A DNA stretch of 32,892 bases from Miltoncostaeaceae bacterium. GTDB taxonomy: Bacteria > Actinomycetota > Thermoleophilia > Miltoncostaeales > Miltoncostaeaceae. Under the pieces are notes generated by a model that searched no databases, was not told the DNA's origin, and saw only the letters and a list, made by a program, of their open reading frames with translations. The DNA is taken from positions 1 through 32,892 of the forward strand of contig JAWVEW010000250.1 of assembly GCA_033856495.1 (NCBI GenBank). The letters run 5' to 3'. The translations under genes were made by a program, and so were the position numbers. Shown here one piece after another: positions 15,545-25,027 of this stretch (position 1 is the stretch's first letter; each line of letters opens with the position of its first letter).

Positions 15545-18541
15545 TCAGTCCCGGGCGGGCGCGCCCGCCTGGGCGGTGCGGGCGACCTCGCGCCGCTCGA
15601 AGGCCTCGATCTGGTCGCCCTCCTTGACGTCGTTGTAGTCCGTGATCAACACGCCGCACTCGAACCCCGCCGCCACCTCGCGCACGTCCTCCTGGAAGCG
15701 CTTGAGCGAGGCGATGGTTCCCTCGTGGACGACGGTGCCGTCGCGGACCAGGCGGATGTTGGACGAGCGCCGGATGATGCCGTCGGTGACGTAGCAGCCG
15801 GCGATGTTGCCCAGCCGGCTGGAGCGGAAGGTCGCGCGGACCTCCAGCTGGCCGGTGACCTCCTCGACGATGTCCGGCTCCAGCAGGCCGACCAGCGCGT
15901 CCCGGACGTCCTCGATCGCGCGGTAGATGACGCGGTAGGTGCGAACGTCGACGCCCTCGCGCTCCGCCAGCAGCTTGGCCTCGGGCCGCGGTCGCACGTT
16001 GAAGCCGATGATGATGGCCTGGGACGCCGAGGCCAGCATCACGTCCGACTCGGTGATGGCGCCGACTCCGGTGTGGATCACGCGCAGGCGCACCTCGGTC
16101 TGCTCGACCTTCGCCAGCGCGTCGGCCAGCGCCCCGACCGAGCCCTGGACGTCGCCCTTGATGATGAGGTTGAGCTCCTTCAGCCCGCCCTCGCTGATCC
16201 GGGCGAACAGGTCCTCGAGCGACACCGGGCGCTTGTTCGCGAGCTCCTCGGACCGCAGCCGCTGGCTGCGCTCGGAGGCCAGCTGGCGGGCGGTGCGCTC
16301 GTTCTCCACCACCCGGAACTTCTCGCCGGCGTCCGGCACGCTGTCCAGGCCGAGCACCTCGACCGGCACCGACGGGGTCGCCTGGGTGAGCGGGTCGCCC
16401 TTGAAGTCGGTCATCGCGCGGACCCGGCCGAAGGCGTCGCCGGCCAGCAGGACGTCGCCGATGCGGAGCGTGCCGCGCTGCACGAGCAGCGTGCAGACCG
16501 GCCCCCGTCCGGGGTCGAGCCGCGACTCGATGACGGTGCCGGAGGCCGGCGCGGCCGGGTTCGCCTTCGGATCGGCGTCGGCGTCGGCCACCAGCAGCAC
16601 GGTCTCGAGCAGGGACTCGAGGCCCAGCTTCTGGAGCGCCGAGACCTCGACGAACTCGTGCTTGCCGCCCCACTCGGAGGGCATCACCTCGTGCCGGGTG
16701 AGCTCCTGCCTGACCCGGTCCGGGTTGGCGTCCGGCTTGTCCACCTTGTTGATGGCGACCATGAACGGCACGGCGGCCGCCTTGGCGTGGTCGATCGCCT
16801 CCACCGTCTGCGGCATCACGCCGTCGTCGGCCGCGACCACGATCACCGCCACGTCCGTGATGCGGGCGCCGCGTGCGCGCATGGCCGTGAACGCCTCGTG
16901 GCCCGGGGTGTCCAGGAAGGTGATCTCGCGGCCGTCGTGGCGGACCTGGTAGGCCCCGATGTGCTGGGTGATGCCGCCCGCCTCGCCCGCCGCCACCTCG
17001 GTGGAGCGGATCGCATCGAGCAGCGACGTCTTCCCGTGGTCCACGTGTCCCATGATCGTCACGACCGGCGCGCGCGCGCGCAGGTCCTCGGGGGCGTCCT
17101 CGAAGGCCGCCGGCGCCTCGTCCTCCTCCTCGGCGGTCACGATCCGGATGCGGCGGCCGACCTCTTCCGCCACCAGCTCGATGGCGTCGTCGGACAGCGA
17201 CTGCGTGATGGTCGCCATCTCCCCCATGGTCATCAGGTGCTTGATGATCTGCGGGCTCGGGACCCCGATCGCCTCCGCGACCTCCTTGACCGTGGCGCCG
17301 GAGCGGATCTCCACGGGCGGCAGGTCGGCAGCTGCGATCACGACCTCCGGCTCGCGTTCCTCCGTGCGCGCCGGCCGGGGGCCGCCGCGGCGGTCGCGCC
17401 CCTGCGCGACGGCCGGCCGCCGGCTCGCCTGGGCGTCGATGATCACGCGGCGCCGCTTGCCGCGGCCGCGCGCGCCTCCACCGCCACCACCGCCCCCGCC
17501 GGGGCTGCCCGGGACGGCCGGCGGTCCTCCGCCGGGGCGGCGGGCGCCGTCGCCCGGCGTCGCCGCCGGACCGCCCGGACGGGCGGGCGCCGCCGGCCCC
17601 GGCCGGCCGGGGCCGCGCTCGGGGGCGCGGGTGGGCCGACCCGCCGACGCCGCGGGGGCGAGATCCTGACGGCCTGGCGCGGTGCCGGGCGGGGGCGCCT
17701 GGCGCGCCGGCGCGCCCTGCGCCGGGGCGGGCGCGGGCCGGGGGGCCGGGGCGGGCCGACGCTCCTCGCGCGGGCGGGACGCCGGCTCCGCGGGGGCGGC
17801 AGCGTCGGCGACCGGCTCGGGTGCAGGGGCCACCCGCACCGGCAGCGCGGCCGGCGCCTCCGACTCGGGCCGGGGGGAGTCCCCGGCGGGGGCGGACTCG
17901 ACCGCCGCCGGCGGAGCCTCGGCGACAGGGGCAGGCTCCGGGGCGGGCTCCTCGGCAGGGGCGGGGGCGGCCGGCTGCGCCGGGGGCGGCTCGACAGCCG
18001 TCGGATCGACGGCCGGCGGCTGCGGGGCGGGAGCGGCAATCTCGACGGCCGGCGGCTGCGGGGCGGGAGCGGCCTCGACGGCCGGCGCCGGCGCGGCGGG
18101 CGTCTCGGGGGCGGGCGCGGGCGCCTCGACCGTCGGCACCTCGACCGTCGGCGGCTCGGCCGCCGGTGCGGGGGCCGCCTCGGCGGGAGCAGGTGGCGTC
18201 GCCGTCGCCGCGGCCTGCGGCTCCGCGACAGGGGCGGCCGGCTGCGTGACGGCGCGAGCGGGCGCCGGTGGGCTGCTCTCCTCGGGGGCTGCCGGCCTGC
18301 GCGGGCGCTGGCGGGACGACTGACGCGCCGCCGTGCGCTCGGCCGCCGCGCCGTCGGCGGCCGGCTCGGGCGCCGGCGGCTTCGGATAGCGGTTCGGGTT
18401 GATGATGTTGAGCGCCTCGGCCACGTCGACCGTCGACGACGCCGTCTTCACGGGGACGCCGGCCCTCAGCAGCCGCTGCAGCACGAAGGAGCTGGGCAGC
18501 CCCTCCTCCTTGGCGATCTCGTACACGCGCTTCTTCGGCAT
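15545..18541 (-). CDS. infB: translation initiation factor IF-2
   Basis: 998 aa. GTPase motifs [29 protein letters not shown], and a C-terminal IF-2 domain. A long Pro/Ala-rich N-terminal region is common in high-GC Gram-positives. Confidence 0.97.
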   Translation of the reverse strand: MPKKRVYEIAKEEGLPSSFVLQRLLRAGVPVKTASSTVDVAEALNIINPNRYPKPPAPEPAADGAAAERTAARQSSRQRPRRPAAPEESSPPAPARAVTQPAAPVAEPQAAATATPPAPAEAAPAPAAEPPTVEVPTVEAPAPAPETPAAPAPAVEAAPAPQPPAVEIAAPAPQPPAVDPTAVEPPPAQPAAPAPAEEPAPEPAPVAEAPPAAVESAPAGDSPRPESEAPAALPVRVAPAPEPVADAAAPAEPASRPREERRPAPAPRPAPAPAQGAPARQAPPPGTAPGRQDLAPAASAGRPTRAPERGPGRPGPAAPARPGGPAATPGDGARRPGGGPPAVPGSPGGGGGGGGGARGRGKRRRVIIDAQASRRPAVAQGRDRRGGPRPARTEEREPEVVIAAADLPPVEIRSGATVKEVAEAIGVPSPQIIKHLMTMGEMATITQSLSDDAIELVAEEVGRRIRIVTAEEEDEAPAAFEDAPEDLRARAPVVTIMGHVDHGKTSLLDAIRSTEVAAGEAGGITQHIGAYQVRHDGREITFLDTPGHEAFTAMRARGARITDVAVIVVAADDGVMPQTVEAIDHAKAAAVPFMVAINKVDKPDANPDRVRQELTRHEVMPSEWGGKHEFVEVSALQKLGLESLLETVLLVADADADPKANPAAPASGTVIESRLDPGRGPVCTLLVQRGTLRIGDVLLAGDAFGRVRAMTDFKGDPLTQATPSVPVEVLGLDSVPDAGEKFRVVENERTARQLASERSQRLRSEELANKRPVSLEDLFARISEGGLKELNLIIKGDVQGSVGALADALAKVEQTEVRLRVIHTGVGAITESDVMLASASQAIIIGFNVRPRPEAKLLAEREGVDVRTYRVIYRAIEDVRDALVGLLEPDIVEEVTGQLEVRATFRSSRLGNIAGCYVTDGIIRRSSNIRLVRDGTVVHEGTIASLKRFQEDVREVAAGFECGVLITDYNDVKEGDQIEAFERREVARTAQAGAPARD
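18006..18095. repeat. imperfect in-frame tandem repeat (36 nt + 33 nt + a partial copy) inside the infB N-terminal region
   Basis: tcgacggccggcggctgcggggcgggagcggc occurs at 18006-18037 and again at 18042-18073, with a third partial copy starting near 18075. It encodes the repeated [12 protein letters not shown] peptide. Confidence 0.7.
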
Positions 18542-18546
18542 CTCGG

Positions 18547-18850
18547 TCAGCCCCTCCGCTCGAGCGCCGCGCCCAGCGCCAAATCGATCTCGAGCGCGAC
18601 GCCGTCCAGGCGCGCGCCCCGCTGAAAGGCCCGCCGTCGCGCGGCCCGGTCGAAGCAGTCGCGGCGCGGGCAGACGTAGAGTCCGCGGCCGCCGAGCCGC
18701 CCGCCGTCGTCTCGATGCAGCGCCCGCGCCACCCGGCCGCCGGTCGCGGGGGCGGCCACGAACCGCGCGAGCTCCCGCTTCGGCGCCCGCCGGCCGCAGC
18801 CGAGGCAGCGGCGCTCGGGCACGTGCGCCGCGCGTGGTTCCATCGCCCCG

Positions 18851-18861
<11 letters not shown>
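18547..18861 (-). CDS. ylxR: YlxR/RnpM family (DUF448) RNA-binding protein
   Basis: Contains [19 protein letters not shown]...[22 protein letters not shown], the hallmark of DUF448. Conserved position between nusA and infB. An alternative ATG at 18843 would remove the 11-nt overlap with nusA. Confidence 0.85.
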
Positions 18862-20193
<1,332 letters not shown>

Positions 20194-20197
<4 letters not shown>

Positions 20198-20661
20198 TCG
20201 TCCTCCCCCGCGTCGTCGCCGATGATGAGCCGCGCCCGCGCCACGGCCGACCTCGGCACCTCGATGACCCCCTCGACGGCGGCGATCGTGATCGTCTGGT
20301 CGCCGGCCGCCAGCAGTGTGCCGGTGCAGGACTTGCGCCCGTCCAGCACCTCCCGGTCCTGCACCTGCACCCTCACCCGCTTGCCGACGGCCCGCAAGTA
20401 GTGCTCCGTGGTCCGAAGCGGCGGCCGCGGACCCGGCGAGGACACCTCGACGGCGAAGCGGTCGAGGAGGCCGGCATCGCCGAGCGCCCGCGTGACCTCC
20501 GCGCAGAGGGCGAGGCTGACCCCCTGCGGGTGGTCGATGACCGCCCGCAGGGTCGACGAGCCGCCGCGGCCGCCGACGGAGACCTCCAGCAGGTCCACCT
20601 CCGGCAGCGCGTGCTTGAGTCGCGCCTCAACCTCGCGCTCGATGGCCTCGCGGCCGTTCAC
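20194..20661 (-). CDS. rimP: ribosome maturation factor RimP
   Basis: ..LLEVSVGGRGGSSTLRAVIDHPQGVSLALCAEVTRAL...FAVEVSSPGPRPPLRT.EHY.RAVGKRVRV.. is typical of RimP. GTG 20661 was chosen because a perfect AAGGAGG (20674-20668) lies 6 nt upstream. The track's TTG 20721 extension is unlikely. There is a 4-nt overlap with the nusA start. Confidence 0.9.
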
Positions 20662-20717
20662 CAACGACCTCCTTCGCGCGGATCGAAGGGCTCGCGTCCT
20701 CCGGGAGGGCGCCCTAA

Positions 20718-20758
20718 ACAAAAAAAGTGGGCGGCCTGTTGAGGTGAGCCCACTTTCC
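20718..20758 (-). terminator. intrinsic terminator / leader attenuator candidate upstream of rimP-nusA
   Basis: The minus-strand RNA reads GGAAAGUGGGC-UCA-CCU-CAAC-AGG-CC-GCCCACUUUUUUUG. An 8-9 bp outer stem (20724-20732 with 20748-20756) and a 3-bp inner stem are followed by a run of 7 U, which is very rare in this GC-rich DNA. It sits 57 nt upstream of the rimP start. Confidence 0.5.
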
Positions 20759-20828
20759 TCGCCGAACCGCTGAGTCCCCGGGAGGATAGCAGGCGGGCCC
20801 CGCCCGAGACGGTCCGACGAGCCGCTCG

Positions 20829-20861
20829 GGCGCCTCCCCCGGCGGCCCGCGGGGGGGCGCC
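20829..20861 (-). terminator. GC-rich hairpin (possible U-less terminator of the dtd/membrane-protein unit)
   Basis: GGCGCC-(T)-CCCCC ...10-nt loop... GGGGG-GGCGCC. An 11-bp stem with one bulge, about 80 nt downstream of the stop at 20940. No U tract. Confidence 0.3.
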
Positions 20862-20939
20862 GGCCGGGCCCGCCGGCGGCCGCCGCAGGGCTCGCTTGCA
20901 GGGCTTTCCTTCGGCGTGAGCGCCGGCGGCCCGCCCCCT

Positions 20940-21320
20940 CTAGCCCGGGTCCCGGCGGCGCAGGCCCACCGCCTGGAGGGCGCCGAGCACCGCGAGGCAG
21001 GCGGCGACCACGCCCAGCACGGCCTTCCCGGTGGTGGTCGCGTCGGCGTTCAGGGCGGTCAGCCAGACCGCCAGCACCGCCGCCGCCAGCACGTTGGCCA
21101 CCATCGTGGCCTCGATGACGGTCCGGTGCTCCTCGGGGCTCTGGCTCGCGCGCGCGAGGGCGACTGCGAGCCCCAGCAGCAGCGCGCCGGCGAGGTTGGC
21201 GTAGATCGCGGGATCGGGCGCGGGCACGCCGAGGGCGTCCACGATCGGACCGGGGAAGAAGAGCAGCACGCAGCCGAGGAGCGCATGGACGAGCGCGCCC
21301 ACGGCGAGCGCGTATCGCAT
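20940..21320 (-). CDS. small hypothetical membrane protein (about 4 predicted TM helices)
   Basis: The track ORF 20940..21353 product is strongly hydrophobic (MRYALAVGALVHALLGCVLLFFPGP..., ..LAGALLLGLAVALA.., ..VANVLAAAVLAVWL.., ..VLGVVAACLAVLGAL..). I do not recognise a family. Start taken at ATG 21320; the alternative is 21353. Confidence 0.6.
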   Translation of the reverse strand: MRYALAVGALVHALLGCVLLFFPGPIVDALGVPAPDPAIYANLAGALLLGLAVALARASQSPEEHRTVIEATMVANVLAAAVLAVWLTALNADATTTGKAVLGVVAACLAVLGALQAVGLRRRDPG

Positions 21321-21387
21321 GCGCGTCAGCCGTCTCCTCCCTTCGCCTCCCACGTCGACGCGCGCGCCGACCGGCCGGGGATCAAGG

Positions 21388-21855
21388 CTACGCCCCTCGC
21401 CGCGGCCGCGACAAATCGGCGCTGTCGAGGACGATGGTGACCGGCCCGTCGTTCTCGAGCGTGACGGCCATCATCGCGCCGAAGCGCCCGCGGGCCACCG
21501 GGACGCCCTCGGCCGCCACGGTGGCGGCGTAGGCCTCGACCAGCGGCGCCGCCGCCTCCGCGGGCGCGGCGGCGGCCCACGAGGGGCGGTTGCCGCGGCG
21601 GACGTCGGCGTGGAGCGTGAACTGGCTGACGCAGAGCAGCTCGCCGCCCACCTCCGCCAGCGTTCGCTCGAACCCACGCTCCCCCTGCGGGAAGAGCCGC
21701 AGGCGGACGGTCTTCAGCGCGAGCCGCTCCGCGTCGGCCGCCTCGTCGCCGTCCGCCGCGCCGACCAGGGCGAGCAGGCCCGGGCCGATCGCCGCCACCC
21801 CCTCGCCGCCGACCGCCACGCGGGCCCAGGAGACGCGCTGCAGGACCACCCTCAT
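21388..21855 (-). CDS. dtd: D-aminoacyl-tRNA deacylase
   Basis: 155 aa. MRVVLQRV..., SQFTLHADVRRGNRPSW, GRFGAMMAVTLENDGPVTIVLD match the Dtd signature motifs. Confidence 0.92.
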   Translation of the reverse strand: MRVVLQRVSWARVAVGGEGVAAIGPGLLALVGAADGDEAADAERLALKTVRLRLFPQGERGFERTLAEVGGELLCVSQFTLHADVRRGNRPSWAAAAPAEAAAPLVEAYAATVAAEGVPVARGRFGAMMAVTLENDGPVTIVLDSADLSRPRRGA

Positions 21856-21893
21856 CCCGGCTCCCGGCCGGGACGGCGGGTACTGTTCGCGCC

Positions 21894-22346
21894 GTGGAGG
21901 AGGACGCCAGCGCCCGCATCGGCCGCTACCTGGATGAGATCGGCGCCGAGGCGGAGCGGAGCGGGCCGCGGCAGTGGGCGGTGCGGGTCCCCTCGACCAA
22001 GCGCGGCAGCGTGGCGGTCGGGGTCGCGTGCGGCGACCGCACCCTGACCCTGCACGCCTTCTTCATGCGCGCCCCGGACCGCAACCACGAGCGCGTGCAC
22101 GAGCGGCTGTTGCGCAAGCACCTGGCCACCTACGCCTGGCGCTTCGCGCTCGACGACCTCGGCGACCTCTTCCTGGTCGCCCAGACCCCGCTCGCCTGCG
22201 TGGACGCCGATGAGCTGGACCGGCTGCTGGGGACCCTCTCGACCTACGTGGACGAGGTCTACGAGGGCGTCGTGCGGGAGGGCTTCGTCGTTCCCGAGGG
22301 CACCGTCATCGGCCCGCCCCCGACCGGCCTCTCCGACTCCGACTAG
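21894..22346 (+). CDS. YbjN-like (putative sensory transduction regulator / T3SS-chaperone-like fold) protein
   Basis: 150 aa with a GTG start. The pattern ..IGRYLDEIG...W.V.VP...R....V.......L.L.AFF...P..NHE.V...LL..... is as I recall for actinobacterial YbjN-domain proteins. Compositionally a genuine coding frame. Confidence 0.7.
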   Translation: MEEDASARIGRYLDEIGAEAERSGPRQWAVRVPSTKRGSVAVGVACGDRTLTLHAFFMRAPDRNHERVHERLLRKHLATYAWRFALDDLGDLFLVAQTPLACVDADELDRLLGTLSTYVDEVYEGVVREGFVVPEGTVIGPPPTGLSDSD

Positions 22347-22504
22347 TGGGCCAACCAGCAACGTGGCCGGTGTTCCGCCGTGCGAACACCGAGCGAGGCA
22401 AGGACCCAGGGAGCCACCGCTATTGGAAACGGGGCGACCGAGGACGCAGCCTGGCAATGAGGGTGAAGCCGGCAGAACCCGGTAAACGTTCGGCGGTCCA
22501 CTAG
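22343..22504 (+). ncRNA. unassigned structured RNA candidate filling the convergent spacer
   Basis: A 10-bp inverted repeat CTAGTGGGCC/GGTCCACTAG (22343-22352 with 22495-22504) includes both flanking stop codons. It continues inward (22355-22364 with 22486-22493) to an 18-bp closing stem. Inside are hairpins at 22368-22391 (8 bp) and 22468-22483 (5 bp), and a CCAGG/CCTGG helix (22406-22410 with 22450-22454). Two G-T pairs are valid only on the plus strand. I could not match it to a family from memory. Confidence 0.3.
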
Positions 22505-22830
22505 GAAAGACGCAGCCCGAAGCAGTGCGCGAGCTTGTAGTGGCGCGCAGCGTCCTGCTCCTCGCCGAGCCGCTCGAGCGCCCGGGCGAGCCCGTAGTGC
22601 GCGTAGCCGTCGGTCGGCGCGAGCTCCACGGCGGCGGCGAACTCGACCGCGGCCCGCTGGTAGGCGCGACAGGAGAGATAGGCGCGGCCGAGCGCCTCGC
22701 GGATCGAGCCCTTGTCCGGCTCCAGCCGCTTCGCCCGCTCGAGCGGCACCGTGGCGGCCCGGAAGTCCTTGTGCGCCAGCAGCTCGCTGCCCCGGCGGAA
22801 GCAGTCGTAGGCCTCGGAGGACGCGCTCAT
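22501..22830 (-). CDS. tetratricopeptide repeat (TPR) protein
   Basis: 109 aa with clear TPR-like helical repeats (..AYDCFRRGSELLAHKDFRAATVPLERAKRLEPD.., ..ALGRAYLSCRAYQRAAVEFAAAVELAPTD.., ..AHYGLARALERLGEEQDAARHYKLA..). It starts 10 nt after the coaBC stop. Confidence 0.8.
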   Translation of the reverse strand: MSASSEAYDCFRRGSELLAHKDFRAATVPLERAKRLEPDKGSIREALGRAYLSCRAYQRAAVEFAAAVELAPTDGYAHYGLARALERLGEEQDAARHYKLAHCFGLRLS

Positions 22831-22840
22831 CCCGTTCAGC

Positions 22841-24070
22841 CTATCGCGAGTCGGCCGCGCCTGGCTCCTGATCCCGTTGTGGGGCGTCGAGGAGCGGCGC
22901 GGCCGCGTCGAGGATCCGCTCCGCGCACGCGAGCTTGCTCATCAGCGGCAGGGTCTCCTCCGCGTCCCCCGGGCCGATGATCGTGATCGCGTTCTCCTCG
23001 GACTCGAACCCGGCGCCCGGCGCGGCGACGTCGTTGTAGACCAGCACGTCCAGGCCCTTGCGCAGCCGTTTGGAGCGGGCCTCCTCGAGCCCCCCGGCGC
23101 CGGTCTCGGCGGCGAAGCCGACCATGACCTGCCGCGACCGCCGGCCGACCAGGTCGGCCAGGATGTCGGCGGTGCGCTCGAGCCGGACCACGAGCTCCTC
23201 GACGCCGGCCCGCTTCATCTTCCCCACCGCCGCGGCCGCGGGACGGTAGTCGGCGACCGCGGCCGCCATCACCAGCAGGTCGCAGGCGCCAAACTCGGCC
23301 AGCGCGGCCTCGTGGAGCGCGGCGGCGGTGGGCGCCTGGACGTAGCGCACGCCGGCCCGCCGCGGCAGGTCGACGTTGGCGGCGAGCACCGTGACCTCGG
23401 CGCCCCGCCGCTGCGCGGCCTCGGCGAGCGCGAAGCCCATCCGCCCGCTGGAGCGGTTGCCGATGAAGCGCACCGGGTCCAGCGGCTCCCTTGTGCCGCC
23501 GGCGCTCACCAGCACGCGCCGCCCGCGCAGGAGCCCCGACGGGGCGCCGAGGGCCTCCACCGCGTCGGCGATCGCCTCCGGCGTGGCGAGCCGGCCCACG
23601 CCGGTCTCGCCGTCGGCCAGGAGGCCGGAGCCGGGCGGCACGATCTCCACGCCGTGCGCCCGCAGCCGGGCCAGGTTCTCGGTGGTCGCCGGGTGCTGGA
23701 ACATCCGCGTGTTCATCGCCGGCGCGACCAGCACGGGGCCCTCGAAGGCCACGTAGCAGCCGCTCAGCAGGTCGTCGGCGAGCCCGGCCGCCATCCGCGC
23801 GATGGTGTTGGCGGAGGCCGGCGCCACCACCATCACGTCGGCGGCTCGGGCGAGGTCGAGGTGCGGGTAGCCCGGACCGCCGGCCGGCTCGAACTGGCTC
23901 AGCCCCACCCGGCGGCCGGAGAGGGCGGCGAAGGACCCGGGCCCCACGAAGCGGGCGGCGGCGGCCGTCATCACGACCGTCACCCCGTGCCCGCGACGCT
24001 GGAGGATGCGCAGGAGATCGAGCGCCTTATCGGCGGCGATGCCGCCGCTGACGGCGAGCAGGACCTCCAT
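22841..24070 (-). CDS. coaBC: bifunctional phosphopantothenoylcysteine decarboxylase / phosphopantothenate-cysteine ligase
   Basis: 409 aa. An N-terminal flavoprotein domain (LLAVSGGIAADKALDLLR.., PAMNTRMF) and a C-terminal CoaB domain (VSAGGTREPLDPVRFIGNRSSGRMG, AAAVADYRP). Confidence 0.95.
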   Translation of the reverse strand: MEVLLAVSGGIAADKALDLLRILQRRGHGVTVVMTAAAARFVGPGSFAALSGRRVGLSQFEPAGGPGYPHLDLARAADVMVVAPASANTIARMAAGLADDLLSGCYVAFEGPVLVAPAMNTRMFQHPATTENLARLRAHGVEIVPPGSGLLADGETGVGRLATPEAIADAVEALGAPSGLLRGRRVLVSAGGTREPLDPVRFIGNRSSGRMGFALAEAAQRRGAEVTVLAANVDLPRRAGVRYVQAPTAAALHEAALAEFGACDLLVMAAAVADYRPAAAAVGKMKRAGVEELVVRLERTADILADLVGRRSRQVMVGFAAETGAGGLEEARSKRLRKGLDVLVYNDVAAPGAGFESEENAITIIGPGDAEETLPLMSKLACAERILDAAAPLLDAPQRDQEPGAADSR

Positions 24071-24101
24071 CAGGCGGGCCGCTGGAGCGGGGAGGCCGCG
24101 A

Positions 24102-24686
24102 TTACGAGCGCTCCGCGGTGCCGGGGCAGCCGGTTAGCTCGCGCACCAGTCCGGCGAGCTCCTCGGCGGCCCGCTCCCGGTCGTCGTTCACGACCAGGTG
24201 GTCGAACTCGCCCACCGCCTCGAGCTCGACCCGGCTCGCCGCCAGGCGGAGGGCGATCTCGTCCTCGGTGTCGGTGGCGCGCGAGTGCAGCCGGCGCGCC
24301 AGCTCGGCGGTGGAGGGGGCCGCGATGAAGATCGACACCGCGTCCGGCAGCAGCCGGCGGATCGCGCGGGCGCCGTTCAGCTCGATCTCGACGACGACCG
24401 AGACGCCCGCCGCCAGCCGGGTCTCGATCTCGGACCTGAGCGTGCCGTAGAGGTGGCCGGCGTAGACGACGTACTCCAGGAGGTCGTCGGCGGCGACCCT
24501 GTCCTCGAACGCCCGCCGATCGAGGAAGTGGTAGTCGACACCGTCGCGCTCGCCGGGGCGGCGGGGCCTCGTGGTGGCGGACACGGCCACCTCGAGGTTC
24601 GGGAAACGGGGAAGGACGGCGTCGATCAACGTCCCCTTCCCCGCCCCGGACGGTCCCGAGACGATGAAGGCCCTCGGCCGGCTCGT
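24102..24686 (-). CDS. gmk: guanylate kinase (true start unresolved; no canonical start codon upstream of the P-loop)
   Basis: Track ORF 24102..24629 begins at a TTG inside the conserved N-terminus. The same frame upstream encodes ..TSRPRAFIVSGPSGAGKGT(L)IDAV.., i.e. beta-strand 1 and the Walker A loop. The SATTRPRRPGERDGVDYHF motif follows. The upper boundary given is the first codon after the mihF stop. See the corresponding finding. Confidence 0.85.
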   Translation of the reverse strand, partial: TSRPRAFIVSGPSGAGKGTLIDAVLPRFPNLEVAVSATTRPRRPGERDGVDYHFLDRRAFEDRVAADDLLEYVVYAGHLYGTLRSEIETRLAAGVSVVVEIELNGARAIRRLLPDAVSIFIAAPSTAELARRLHSRATDTEDEIALRLAASRVELEAVGEFDHLVVNDDRERAAEELAGLVRELTGCPGTAERS

Positions 24687-25018
24687 TAGCGCTCGAGGAG
24701 CTCCATGAGCTCGTTCCGCTGGCGTTCGGAGAGTCCGCCCATCGTCTTGCCCTGCGAGATGCGGCAGTGGTTGAGGAACTTCGTTGCCTTCACCTTCCCG
24801 TACTTCGGCACTGCCATCAGCATGTCGAAGACCTTCGCCGTGAGCACGTAGTCCGGGGGACTGGCGATGATCCTCTGAATCGTGACCTGCCCGCTCTTCA
24901 GGTCTCTCTTGAGCTTGGCCCTTTGGGAACGAATGTCGTTCGCGCGGCGCAGGGCCTCCATTCGCTGATCGAGCGAGCGTTCGGGGGTCTGGGACTGAAC
25001 CTTCGTGAGGGGGGCCAT
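24686..25018 (-). CDS. mihF: integration host factor, actinobacterial type (mIHF)
   Basis: 110 aa. ..RMEALRRANDIRSQRAKLKRDLKSGQVTIQRII......VFDMLMAVPKYGKVKATKFLNHCRISQGKTMGGLSERQRNELMELL resembles mIHF as I remember it. This is the conserved mihF-gmk arrangement. Confidence 0.85.
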   Translation of the reverse strand: MAPLTKVQSQTPERSLDQRMEALRRANDIRSQRAKLKRDLKSGQVTIQRIIASPPDYVLTAKVFDMLMAVPKYGKVKATKFLNHCRISQGKTMGGLSERQRNELMELLER

Positions 25019-25027
25019 GGCCGGAGG

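Noticed and set aside
17359-18394. Possible CRISPR-like or other non-coding repeat array in the repetitive GC-rich stretch
   Set aside because: The repeats are in-frame, imperfect, lack unique spacers and encode the Pro/Ala-rich IF-2 N-terminus.
15428-18625. 1065-aa plus-strand ORF antisense to infB, and similar long antisense ORFs at 5225..7789, 8132..10540, 8161..10458, 579..1772 and 22877..24328
   Set aside because: These products are low-complexity and rich in Arg, Gly, Pro, Ala or Ser, with no recognisable motifs. Each lies opposite a gene with unambiguous conserved motifs. Stop-codon scarcity in high-GC DNA explains them.
20662-20721. TTG-initiated 20-residue extension of rimP
   Set aside because: It would start inside the A/T run of the terminator-like hairpin. 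The internal GTG 20661 has a perfect AAGGAGG SD 6 nt upstream.
22392-22560. Assignment of the structured spacer to a known riboswitch class (c-di-AMP ydaO-type, cobalamin, glycine)
   Set aside because: Short strings recall these classes: GAGCG..GGACCCA and GGGUGAAGCC for ydaO, AGCCCGAAG for cobalamin, CACCGA..GGCAA for glycine. However, the hallmark elements as I remember them (ACAGCUAAC for ydaO, the GCCACUG B12 box, the GGAGAG...CUCAGGCAAAAGGAC order for glycine) are missing or out of order. There is also no downstream plus-strand gene to regulate. Left as unassigned pending cmscan.
24686-24720. mIHF-Gmk fusion by programmed -1 frameshifting as an explanation for the missing gmk start
   Set aside because: The gmk frame is -1 relative to mihF, but no slippery X-XXY-YYZ heptamer or downstream stimulatory structure is visible before the mihF TAA.
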